Of a stretch of 54,067 nt of DNA, positions 19,218 to 28,652 are shown piece after piece. The notes below the pieces were generated by a model, which was given only the letters and a program-made list of their open reading frames with translations, was not told where the DNA came from and searched no databases. Positions within the stretch are counted from its first letter, which is position 1. The number at the start of each line of letters is the position of its first letter. The translations under genes and the position numbers were made by a program. Source of the stretch: Thermoanaerobaculia bacterium (GTDB lineage: Bacteria; Acidobacteriota; Thermoanaerobaculia; UBA5066; Gp7-AA6); assembly GCA_041483715.1 (NCBI GenBank), contig JBGPGG010000004.1, positions 1 to 54,067 of the forward strand, read 5' to 3'.

Positions 19218-21233
19218 ATGTGCGGGATCTGCGGCATCTTTTTCACCGGGGAGACCGCTGGCCGCGTGGATGCGACCGTTCTGGCCCGGATGCGCGACAC
19301 GATGCGCCATCGAGGCCCCGACGGTGAAGGTCTCTGGATCGCGCGAGACGGCAGGACGGGCCTGGGGCATCGAAGACTCGCCATCCTCGACTTGAGCCCT
19401 CTTGCGGCGCAGCCGATGAGCAACGAAGACGGCACGATCTGGGTCACCTACAACGGCGAGATCTACAACCACGCCGCCCTCCGGACAGAGCTTCTCGAGG
19501 CCGGTCATCGATTCCGGACGGACCATTCGGACACCGAGGTCGTCGTCCACGCGTACGAACAGTGGGGAACGGACTGCGTCGAGCGGTTCGACGGCATGTT
19601 CGCGTTCGGGATCTGGGACGGCGGCCGCGGACGGCTCTTTCTGGCGCGCGACCGGCTCGGCGTCAAGCCGCTCTACATCTGTTTTCGGCCGGGCGTCGCC
19701 CTCTTCGGATCTGAGATCAAGGCAATCCTCGCCCATCCGTCGGTCACGGCCGCCGTCTCTCCCGCCGCCATGTACCACTATCTGTCGTTCCTGACGGCGC
19801 CGGCGCCGCTGACAATGTTCGACGGCATCTTCAAAGTGCCCGCCGGCTGCGGCCTGTGCGTCGAGCGCGGCGGCGAACAGAGGATGTGGCGATACTGGGA
19901 CGCGGTGCCACGCGAGTCGGACTCCCTGCGAGAGCTCACCGGTCTCTCTCCGGCGGCGCAGGAAGAGTTCTGCGTTCGACAGATCCGCGAGCTGCTCTCC
20001 CAGGCGGTCCAAAAACGCATGATGTCCGACGTTCCCTTCGGGGTCTTGCTCTCCGGTGGCATCGACTCCAGCACGAACGTCGCCCTGATGAGCCGCTTCA
20101 TGGACCGACCCGTCGAGACATTCACGGTGGGCTACCGCGACCACACCTGGGCCAACGAGCTCGAGCCGGCCCGGCGCGTCTCACGCGCCTTTGGTACGAA
20201 CCACCACGAGGTGCTCATCGGGGAGCGCGAGGCGCAGGACTACGTGCCCGACCTCATCTATCACCAGGACGAACCGCTCGCCGACTGGGCCTGCATCCCC
20301 CTCGCCTTCGTCTCGCGCCTCGCACGCGAGAGCGGCACCATCGTCGTCCAGGTGGGCGAGGGCAGCGACGAGCAGTTCTGCGGCTACGACCACTTCGTCC
20401 GCTACCTCCGCATCCACCGGCGATATTGGGGTCCGTTCCGCCTGCTGCCGGACTTCGTGCGACGGCCGATCGCCACCGTGGGCCTCCGCGCCTCGGACCT
20501 GTTCGGCCGGGGTCGGTTTTACGCCGACATTCTGGACCGCGGGGCCCGCGATCGGGAGCTCTTCTGGGGCGGGGCGGTGGTCTTCGGGGAGAGCGAGAAG
20601 GCCCGCCTGGTGCGGCGCGAGCGCTTCCGGGGCTCGGCGGCGCCGGTTCCGGCGAGCTTGCGCGCTTTTGCGCCGGATTCGTTCTTCCGGCCGGACAGCT
20701 TCGGCGTGATCGCCGAGTACCTGCGTGAGTTCGATCAGGCCTTCCCGAGCGCCGACGTCCTGACCCGCATGGCCTACCTCGAGTGCAAGCTTCGGCTCCC
20801 GGAGCTCCTGCTGATGCGCGTCGACAAGATCACGATGTCGACTTCGGTCGAGGCCCGCGTGCCTTTCCTCGACTACCGCCTCGTCGAATTCACCATGGGA
20901 ATCCCGATGTCGCTCAAGGTCAAGCGGGACGTGCCCAAGTACCTTCTCAAGAAAGCCTGCGAGGGCATCATCCCAGACGACGTGATCCACCGGACGAAGA
21001 TGGGGTTTGGCGTTCCCATGCGGGAGTGGCTCCGCGGGGACTTCGGACGCAGGATCGAGTCGGTGATCCTGAACAGTCCGATGCGCAGCGAGGGCTACCT
21101 CAACTACGACGGTGTCGCCGACCTCTTTCGACGGCAGCGAGCCGGCCGGGACCTGAGTCTTCCGATCTGGACGCTTTTCAACCTGACGGCCTGGTTCGAC
21201 CACTGGATCGCCGGGCGCCGGGCGGCGGCGTGA
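19218..21233 (+). CDS. asnB: Asparagine synthase (glutamine-hydrolysing)-type amidotransferase
   Basis: MCGICG, HRGPD, NGEIYN, LSGGIDSS, GEGSDE and EARVPFLD motifs. Confidence 0.95.
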   Translation: MCGICGIFFTGETAGRVDATVLARMRDTMRHRGPDGEGLWIARDGRTGLGHRRLAILDLSPLAAQPMSNEDGTIWVTYNGEIYNHAALRTELLEAGHRFRTDHSDTEVVVHAYEQWGTDCVERFDGMFAFGIWDGGRGRLFLARDRLGVKPLYICFRPGVALFGSEIKAILAHPSVTAAVSPAAMYHYLSFLTAPAPLTMFDGIFKVPAGCGLCVERGGEQRMWRYWDAVPRESDSLRELTGLSPAAQEEFCVRQIRELLSQAVQKRMMSDVPFGVLLSGGIDSSTNVALMSRFMDRPVETFTVGYRDHTWANELEPARRVSRAFGTNHHEVLIGEREAQDYVPDLIYHQDEPLADWACIPLAFVSRLARESGTIVVQVGEGSDEQFCGYDHFVRYLRIHRRYWGPFRLLPDFVRRPIATVGLRASDLFGRGRFYADILDRGARDRELFWGGAVVFGESEKARLVRRERFRGSAAPVPASLRAFAPDSFFRPDSFGVIAEYLREFDQAFPSADVLTRMAYLECKLRLPELLLMRVDKITMSTSVEARVPFLDYRLVEFTMGIPMSLKVKRDVPKYLLKKACEGIIPDDVIHRTKMGFGVPMREWLRGDFGRRIESVILNSPMRSEGYLNYDGVADLFRRQRAGRDLSLPIWTLFNLTAWFDHWIAGRRAAA

Positions 21234-23308
21234 TGGCCCGCGGCTTCGACCGTATCCGCAAGGCGCTCCATCGCAAGCCGCGCTACGTTCTGGATCGCCT
21301 CGCGCGTGAGCTCGTCCGCCAGGGCCGGCGCCCGTGGAGCAGGATCCGACCGCGCCTGCTGACGGACCGGATCCTGCTTCAGCGAATGCACGCCGATTCC
21401 CTCGGCGACCTCTGGGAGCGACAGGACGCCACCCCGTTTTTCGTCGAAGCAGCAGGGCGGGAAGCATCGCGTCGGGGCTTTCTCGAAACCTATCCGGGTG
21501 CGGAAAGCGACATCGTCCTGGCGGCGGAAGCCGTGCTCCGGCACGAGTTCGACCTTCTGGGGTCCGGCCCCGTGACTCTGGGCGACCCGCTTCCGTGGCA
21601 CGTCGACTTCAAGACGGGCCGTCGCTGGCCGCTTCGCTACTGCCACGACCTCGACCCGAATGAGCTCGATCTGCCCTCCGACGTCAAGGTGCCCTGGGAG
21701 CTGAGCCGGTGCCAGCATTTCACGACCCTGGGCCAAGCCTACTGGCTCACGACCGACGAGCGCTTCGCTCACGAGTTCGCCGCGGAGGTGACCAACTGGA
21801 TCGACGCCAACCCCTTCGCGCGGGGCATCAACTGGGCGTGCCCCATGGACGTCGCCCTCCGGGCGATCTCGTGGATTTGGGGCTTCCACTTCTTCGCGCG
21901 CTCGCGCGCCTGCGCGTCGGACGCGTTCCGGTCGCGCTTTCTCCGCAGCCTTTTCCTCCACGGCGAGTTCATCGCGGCGAACCTCGAGGTCGACGAGGTG
22001 AACGGAAATCACTATCTGGTCGACGGCGCGGGCCTCGTGTTCCTGGGCCTCTTCTTCCGGACGACGCAGGACGGCACGCGCTGGCTCGAACGCGGTCGGC
22101 GCATCCTGATCGAGGAAATGCGGGCGCAGGTCCACGAGGACGGCGTCGACATCGAGCAGTCGATCGCCTACCACCGGCTCGTCCTCGAGACGTTCCTGAC
22201 GGCCGGGCTTCTCCTACGGCGCAGCGGGGAGGTATTGGCCCGGTCGTTCTGGGAGCGGCTCGAGCGCATGGTCGAGTTTGTTCTCGCCTACTCGAAGCCC
22301 GACGGCCAGGCGGCGCTCATCGGGGACGCGGACGACGGACGCATGCAGAAGCTCGGGCTTCAGCCCGTCAACGACCATCGCTACCTGTTGTCCACGGGCG
22401 CGGTGCTCTTCGAGCGCGGCGACTTCAAGGCCGCGGCCGGGCGGTTCTGGGAGGAGTCCTTCTGGCTGCTCGGGCCCTCCGCTGTCCCCGCCTTCGAGAA
22501 GGTGCCCGCGCGAGTCGCCGCGCTTGCCTCGCAGGGTTTTCCGGCCGGCGGATTCTACGTGTTGCGCAACACGAGGGCGCACGTCATCGTCGACTGCGGC
22601 GAGGTCGGACTCCGGGGCCTCGGGGGTCACGGCCACAACGACATCTTGAGCTTCGAGCTCCACCTCGACGGCCTCAACATCGTCACAGACTGCGGGGCGT
22701 ACCTCTACACGGCCTCGCGGGAATGGCGACATCGCTTTCGAAGCACGGCCTCGCACAACACGGTGCAGGTCGACGGCGAGGAGCTCAACCGCCTGCTCCA
22801 TCCCGACGAACTCTTCCGGCTGCGCTACGACGCGGTCCCGACGGAGGTTCAGTGGCGCCCGGAAGGTGACTGGCTCTGTCTTCGCGCCGGCCACCGCGGC
22901 TACGAGCGCCTTCCGGCTCCCATCACCCACGTCCGAACGATCCTGCTCCACCACGAGGAGCCATGCATGCTGGTGCACGACCGTCTCGAGGGCGCCGGCG
23001 CCCACGGGCTCACATGGCGATTCCATCTCGACCCGGCGCTTCAGGCCGAGGCGCGAGCCGACGGCGTGCGACTCTCCTCGGGCGACCGCGTCGCCTGGTT
23101 CACCCTTCTGAAGGGACCGCCGGACCTGGCCTTCCGGCTCGAGCCCGGCTGGGTCTCTCCCCGCTACGGGATCAAGGTCGCGAACACCGTGCTCGTCGGG
23201 GAAACGACGGCCGACCTGCCGGTCGAAGTGTCCTGCGCCTTCACCGGCCACCCCCCCGATGCCTCTGAGCGGGCGCGGTGCCTCTCCGCGCTTGCCGCAG
23301 GCTCCTGA
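21233..23308 (+). CDS. Heparinase II/III-family protein
   Basis: DVKVPWELSRCQH, GNHY, EQSIAYH, GHGHNDILSFEL and FRSTASHNT motifs; TGATG coupling to asnB. Confidence 0.88.
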   Translation: MARGFDRIRKALHRKPRYVLDRLARELVRQGRRPWSRIRPRLLTDRILLQRMHADSLGDLWERQDATPFFVEAAGREASRRGFLETYPGAESDIVLAAEAVLRHEFDLLGSGPVTLGDPLPWHVDFKTGRRWPLRYCHDLDPNELDLPSDVKVPWELSRCQHFTTLGQAYWLTTDERFAHEFAAEVTNWIDANPFARGINWACPMDVALRAISWIWGFHFFARSRACASDAFRSRFLRSLFLHGEFIAANLEVDEVNGNHYLVDGAGLVFLGLFFRTTQDGTRWLERGRRILIEEMRAQVHEDGVDIEQSIAYHRLVLETFLTAGLLLRRSGEVLARSFWERLERMVEFVLAYSKPDGQAALIGDADDGRMQKLGLQPVNDHRYLLSTGAVLFERGDFKAAAGRFWEESFWLLGPSAVPAFEKVPARVAALASQGFPAGGFYVLRNTRAHVIVDCGEVGLRGLGGHGHNDILSFELHLDGLNIVTDCGAYLYTASREWRHRFRSTASHNTVQVDGEELNRLLHPDELFRLRYDAVPTEVQWRPEGDWLCLRAGHRGYERLPAPITHVRTILLHHEEPCMLVHDRLEGAGAHGLTWRFHLDPALQAEARADGVRLSSGDRVAWFTLLKGPPDLAFRLEPGWVSPRYGIKVANTVLVGETTADLPVEVSCAFTGHPPDASERARCLSALAAGS

Positions 23309-23337
23309 GCGATCCCTCGCGCCTCGTCCAAGCCGAC

Positions 23338-24078
23338 TCAATCCTTCGTCGCGACCGCGAGCAGATTTTGCGTAAAGATCGAGTCGCGGCCCGTATCGCC
23401 GGTCTCGGCCCTGACCCAGACGCGCAGAAACCCGCGGATCGCCTTCCACGCGACCCACCGGCACAAGCCCTCGGCGCTCTGGACGACGGGCGTGTCCTCG
23501 AAACAACCAACGTGCGCAAAGCCGGCGGCCCGGAGAAGTTGCCCCAGGCTTTCGCGCGTGAACGCCTGCTCGTGGGTCCAGTCGGCGTAGCGAATGCGAG
23601 ACCCGAAAGGCGATTCGGCGTTCGGCGCGTGAATGATCCAGCGTCCGCGCGGGCTGAGAATCCGGAAGACGTCGTCGGAGAGCGGGGCGAGCTCGCCCTT
23701 GGTCAGGTGCTCGATGACGTCCCACGTGACGACCACGTCCACCGAGCCTTCGTCGAGACCGCGGACAAATGGCAGTATGTCGCCGCGCTCCACGCCGGGA
23801 ATGGCGATGGATCCCGCCGCCGCAACCTGTTCCGGGGAACTGTCGATCCCCGTGACGCGGGTGTAACCCGCTTCACGCAGGAAGTGCATCAGAGTTCCCG
23901 CGCCGCACCCGAGATCGAGGATGCGGACATCGCGATCGGACGGGAAATGGAGTCTGATCACGCGGAGCAGGAACGCGGCTCGGGAAGGCCGGTCGTCGCT
24001 GCATCGCCCATGGTCCTGCATCGATCGGTCCCGGCGGGAGATCCAGGCTCGATACTCTCCCGGGTCATTCGCGTTCAC
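23338..24078 (-). CDS. Class I SAM methyltransferase
   Basis: ILDLGCGAG, DVIEH and RYADWTHE motifs. Confidence 0.85.
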   Translation of the reverse strand: MNANDPGEYRAWISRRDRSMQDHGRCSDDRPSRAAFLLRVIRLHFPSDRDVRILDLGCGAGTLMHFLREAGYTRVTGIDSSPEQVAAAGSIAIPGVERGDILPFVRGLDEGSVDVVVTWDVIEHLTKGELAPLSDDVFRILSPRGRWIIHAPNAESPFGSRIRYADWTHEQAFTRESLGQLLRAAGFAHVGCFEDTPVVQSAEGLCRWVAWKAIRGFLRVWVRAETGDTGRDSIFTQNLLAVATKD

Positions 24079-24152
24079 GTCGGGATCTCCATTCGCGGAG
24101 GCGACCCGGGATGGGGATGCCCGGCGCCCCGGCTACTCTACACTTCCCTCCC

Positions 24153-26096
24153 ATGTCGCGGCCCGGCGCACCGAACCACGTGACCATCCGACCGGGTGCG
24201 GCTGCGCTGCCTGCACCGGCTCCACCGCGGCTCGCGGGAAAAGCGATCGTGCGACGCGTTCATGCACACGTGCCGCTCGAGTTCTTCGCGTCCACGGAAG
24301 GGGCGGGACGAACGGACTGGGTCGCGCGCCTGCGCGAGCGGTATCCCGCTCCCCTCCGAAAGGCGATGGGTTACATCCGGAGAGAGGGGCTCCGGCAGAC
24401 CTGGGCCAAGATCCGGACGCGCTCGACCCTCGAGAAATGGAGTGCCGCGTACGGTGCTTTCGCCGCGGTCGGCGTGCTGGTCGAGGCGTCCCCTCCGGCG
24501 CCGCCCCCGGGCTCCACGGTCATGTGCTGGAGCTGGCAGGGTCCGTTGGATGCGGATCTCCACCTCGTGTCCCCGGAGCAATGTCTTCCCGTCCCGGAAC
24601 TAGTTCGTGCTTACGCCCTCGCGCCACTGCTCGGCTGGATCGCGAGCGTGCTGCGGAGCACTGAGGGGAGCATCGCGTCGTGCCGGCTCGTCGGCATCGA
24701 CGCGGCGCTCCAGGCCCCCCTCGAGGAGATGATGGGCCCGCCTGATAGCCGAGGAAAACGCGTCGCCATCGGGTGGGGCGCCGCCCTGACGAAGGGCCTG
24801 CAGCCCGGAGAGGTCGCCGTGCATCTGCGACCGGAGCGAGCCGTCGGTCCGCTCATCGCGCGAGGCCCGCACGGTTGGGTGTGCCGTCTCCCGGATCCAG
24901 CGCACTACTTCCTCGACCCCTATTACCCCGGCCCTCCCGAGACGCCCGAGCCCTTCGGGCGCGAGGCGGTCGCGGAAGCTCTCGCGGTCTTGACGCGGCG
25001 ACTCGCCGGTTCGGGCGGTGCGGCGGTCGTGCCACGCCCCGGGGCTCTCCCGGCTCGGACTCTCCCGGTCGCCTCCCGAAGATCCGCCGCGACAGGGACG
25101 CTGGGCGTCTCGTGCCTCGGCGCGGGCAACTACGTCGGCGCGGTGCTCGTTCACAACCTTCGCCGCCACGCGCGGGTCCTCGTGCGGGGGGTGATGGATA
25201 TCCGACCGGAGGTCGCCGCCGCGCAGGCGCGAGCGCTCGAGGCGGCCTTCTGCACCACCGACCCCGAGGCGGTGCTTGCCGACGCAGGGACCGGCCTCGT
25301 CCTCATCGCGTCCGACCACGCGAGCCACGCCGACTACGCCGTCTCGGCGCTGCGGGCGGGAAAAGCGGTGCATCTGGAGAAGCCGCCGGCCGTCACTGCG
25401 GACCAGCTGGACCGGTTGCTTCGGTGCATTGGCGAGGTCGACGAGCCCCGCCTCTACCTGGGATACAACCGACCCTTTGCGCCGGTCGTGATCGATCTCC
25501 AGAAAGAGCTCGATCGGCTCGCCGGGCCGACCTCCGTCACGTTCGAGGTCCAGGGGCATCGGCTCGGACGCGCGCACTGGTACCGCTGGCCCAACCAGGG
25601 AACCCGGATCGCCGGTAACCTCGTTCACTGGATCGACCTCGGATACCGCCTCTGCGGGTATCGGCTGCCGTCGTGGGTAGAAGTCTCCGTGCCGCCCGAT
25701 CCTTCGAAGTCCGACGGCGACGCGATCGTCCTGTCCGTCGAATTTGACGACGGCGCCCGGGTGACCATCCGCTTCTCCCGCAGCCCCGACGAGACCTGGG
25801 GAATCCGCGAGCACGTGCATGTCGCCAGGCAAGACCTCGCCGCCGAGATCGACGACTTTCGCTCGCTCCGGATCTCGCGCGCAGGCCGGCAGCAGTACCG
25901 TCGTTACCGGAGGGACAAGGGCCACGCGGGGCTCATGGCCGCGCTCGCCCGGCGCGTGATCGACAGAGAGTGGGATCCCCTCACGGTCCGTGACATGGCC
26001 CGCACCTGCGCCATCCAGTTCGCGGCGCAGGCCGCGCTGGCCAACGGTGGAGGGAGGCAGAGCGTGGACGCGTACCTGCCCCGGGAAGGTCGCTAG
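24153..26096 (+). CDS. Gfo/Idh/MocA oxidoreductase with a degenerate N-terminal domain
   Basis: LGAGNY, HLEKP and GYNRPF motifs; N-terminal half distantly resembles the 28653 gene. Confidence 0.8.
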   Translation: MSRPGAPNHVTIRPGAAALPAPAPPRLAGKAIVRRVHAHVPLEFFASTEGAGRTDWVARLRERYPAPLRKAMGYIRREGLRQTWAKIRTRSTLEKWSAAYGAFAAVGVLVEASPPAPPPGSTVMCWSWQGPLDADLHLVSPEQCLPVPELVRAYALAPLLGWIASVLRSTEGSIASCRLVGIDAALQAPLEEMMGPPDSRGKRVAIGWGAALTKGLQPGEVAVHLRPERAVGPLIARGPHGWVCRLPDPAHYFLDPYYPGPPETPEPFGREAVAEALAVLTRRLAGSGGAAVVPRPGALPARTLPVASRRSAATGTLGVSCLGAGNYVGAVLVHNLRRHARVLVRGVMDIRPEVAAAQARALEAAFCTTDPEAVLADAGTGLVLIASDHASHADYAVSALRAGKAVHLEKPPAVTADQLDRLLRCIGEVDEPRLYLGYNRPFAPVVIDLQKELDRLAGPTSVTFEVQGHRLGRAHWYRWPNQGTRIAGNLVHWIDLGYRLCGYRLPSWVEVSVPPDPSKSDGDAIVLSVEFDDGARVTIRFSRSPDETWGIREHVHVARQDLAAEIDDFRSLRISRAGRQQYRRYRRDKGHAGLMAALARRVIDREWDPLTVRDMARTCAIQFAAQAALANGGGRQSVDAYLPREGR

Positions 26097-26109
26097 AGTG
26101 GAGGGCGGC

Positions 26110-27900
26110 ATGAGCCTCTCGGTCTGGGTGTGGGGCGCGCTCTGCCTCTCGGTCGCCTCGCTCTGCCTGTGGCCGTGGGTGGATCGCTGGTGGGCCGACT
26201 CGTGCCCCTCGGGTTGGCGGACCCTCCGATGGCCTCTCACGCTCGGGCTCAGCCTCGGCATCGTGACGCTCTGGCTGGTCCTCGTCGGCTTCTGGCGCCT
26301 GAACGCGGCTCTCGCGCTGGCGTTCCCGGTGCTCACCGCGGGTATTGGACTGTTGACTGGTCCGGGCCGGCGCCAGCCCGTCGACCGAGCGCTCCGACCA
26401 CTCTCGCCGTCCGCGCTGTCGACGGTCCGGTCCTTCGTCTCCAGACTCTTGACCTTCGACGTGTCCGCCTGGGTGATGCTCGCGGCCCTCGGCGCTGCCC
26501 TGGCGGTTCTGGGACACGCCACCTACTACCCCTTCATCGGCGATGACGAGCTCGCGCGTTACGCGTACTACGCGCGGCTCGTCTTCACCGAGGGGCGCAT
26601 CACCGATGTCGTGCGCGGGTACCCGATGCTCATGCCACTGGCGTATGCGTACGTCTTCTTCACCACCGGACAATTGGCCGAACAGTTGGCCCGTGTCGTT
26701 CCGGTGTTGCTGTCGGCGGCCACAGTCGTGGCGACCGGTGCGTTGGCCACTCGGTGGTACGGCTCACGAGCGGGTTGGGCCGCCGCCTTTGTCTTGATCG
26801 CTTCGCCTCTTTACCTGCGCTGGTCACCCAACGGCTACATCGACATCCCGTCGGCACTGTTCTTCGTGCTGTGCGCGTACGCCAGCGACGTGTGGCTCGA
26901 GGCCCGTCGTCTCCGGTGGGCGGTGTTGGCCGGCGTATGCGCCGGCCTCGCTCTATGGACCAAGCAAGCCGGCTTCCTGGCGCTGGTGCCTGTGGGCGTC
27001 GTATGGGCGTGCGCGGTCGCGAGAGACATTTGGCGTGGCGATCGCGTCTCGGCGCTGACTGCGGCGCGCGACGGCGCCGTCGCTCTCGCCATGGCGATCC
27101 TCGCTGGTGGGTGGTGGTATCTGCGCAACGTCTACTATGACGGCTGGGGCAACGTGGTCCCGACGCCGGGCATCCTCTACTACCCGCAAGCGCGGCGCCA
27201 GTTGGCCTACCTCGTGCCGTTCGTCGGCTACGCGGACGTCTTTGGCCGGGTCTCGACCGCGCTCTGCCTGGCTGGGCTGGTGTGGGCACTCGCACGGCCA
27301 AGGCGGGGGGCCTGGCCGCTTGTATGGGCCGTGCCCTTTACGCTCGTGTGGTGGCCGTGGTTTTCCTACGACGCGCGCTTTCTGCTCGCGGTGCTGCCCT
27401 TCTACGCGATCCTGTTTGGCGGCGCCACGACGGAACTGCGTTGGCCGCTGCCAACATGGGCGCGCTGGGTGGTGTCCGGCGTCGTCGTCTCGGCCGTGGT
27501 CACGGCCGTCTTCCAGGCGGGCCTCAGGGGCATCAGCCGCTGGGTCGTCGCGCCCACGGCAACCTATGCGGAGCGACTGAATCGCTACAAGGACGGCATG
27601 TACCCGACCGTCGAGTTCCTTCGCGACCGCCTGCCGCCGACGGCGCGGATCGTGACCATGGATTCGCGGATGCCGTATTACCTGATCGATCGCCCGGTCC
27701 ATCACACCTATCCGAGACGGCTGGATGAGCTCAGAACGTTCGACTACGTCGTGGCCGCCTCGTGGGGGCCATCGGTGTACGCCGGACTGGGAGAGGCCGA
27801 CAACGAAGTCCTCCGCGCGCTGAACGATCGCAAGCAGACCGAATCCGTATATGTTGCGCCGCAGGGCGATTTCGTCGTGTTCCGGATCTTGAAACCTTGA
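26110..27900 (+). CDS. GT39/ArnT-like membrane glycosyltransferase
   Basis: Polytopic; GDDE, GYPML, GYIDIP, LALWTKQAG and WYLRN motifs. Confidence 0.78.
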   Translation: MSLSVWVWGALCLSVASLCLWPWVDRWWADSCPSGWRTLRWPLTLGLSLGIVTLWLVLVGFWRLNAALALAFPVLTAGIGLLTGPGRRQPVDRALRPLSPSALSTVRSFVSRLLTFDVSAWVMLAALGAALAVLGHATYYPFIGDDELARYAYYARLVFTEGRITDVVRGYPMLMPLAYAYVFFTTGQLAEQLARVVPVLLSAATVVATGALATRWYGSRAGWAAAFVLIASPLYLRWSPNGYIDIPSALFFVLCAYASDVWLEARRLRWAVLAGVCAGLALWTKQAGFLALVPVGVVWACAVARDIWRGDRVSALTAARDGAVALAMAILAGGWWYLRNVYYDGWGNVVPTPGILYYPQARRQLAYLVPFVGYADVFGRVSTALCLAGLVWALARPRRGAWPLVWAVPFTLVWWPWFSYDARFLLAVLPFYAILFGGATTELRWPLPTWARWVVSGVVVSAVVTAVFQAGLRGISRWVVAPTATYAERLNRYKDGMYPTVEFLRDRLPPTARIVTMDSRMPYYLIDRPVHHTYPRRLDELRTFDYVVAASWGPSVYAGLGEADNEVLRALNDRKQTESVYVAPQGDFVVFRILKP

Positions 27901-28628
27901 GTCGCGCGGAGCGGCGACTCTTGCTCGCGGCGCTGACGCTGGTCCTCGCCCAGGGGCTCGCGCGCGTGGCCGACCCTATGGACCGCAGCCTGCAACAATG
28001 ACGTGGGGGCTGTCGCGGGCCTGTCGGTTCTGGTCTTCGCGGCCGTAAGCCTCATTCGTCGAGGCATCCGCGTCGGACTGGTGATTGGACTCGTCGCTGC
28101 CGCCGCCGTGTGCGTGGAGCTGAAGTCCACTGCCTCAATCGGTGTTCCTCGCCGCCGTTGCGCTCTGGCTCGGCGCGTGGCCCCGGCTCAGTCCGTGGCT
28201 ACGCTGGGCCATGCCCGCCCTGGCCGCGACCGCGGGGACGCTCCTGGCCACAGAACTCGGATGGCCCGCCCACTGGCTCTCTTACGGCCCGTTCCCCGCC
28301 GTCGGACGTGTCCAGACCGCGGCGCCCTGGGGCCGCTACGCCTTTTCCGTGAGAGAGGACGGAAAGCACATTCCGGTCCTCCGCCATCGTGATGAATCTC
28401 TTGCGGATCGATCCGGTGGACGCGGTCGGCCACATCGCTCATATACCGACGGCGCGTTATGCATACGTCGCGATCGTCCCGTCGATGTTCCTGTTGGCGC
28501 TGGGTTGGGGCGCGTGGTGGCCGGCGAGGCGACGTCGGCTGGCCTTGGTCATTTTGGTCTCGGGCGTCCTCGCCATCAATCTCTGGCTCCTGATCACGGC
28601 CCAGATACCGTGGTACTGGTCTTCGTGA
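27897..28628 (+). pseudogene. Fragmented membrane protein (GT-C-like remnant)
   Basis: Hydrophobic segments in several frames separated by stops and frame changes; ends ...PTARYAYVAIVP...IPWYWSS. Confidence 0.55.
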
Positions 28629-28652
28629 CCCCGGTAGTATCATCCGACGACG

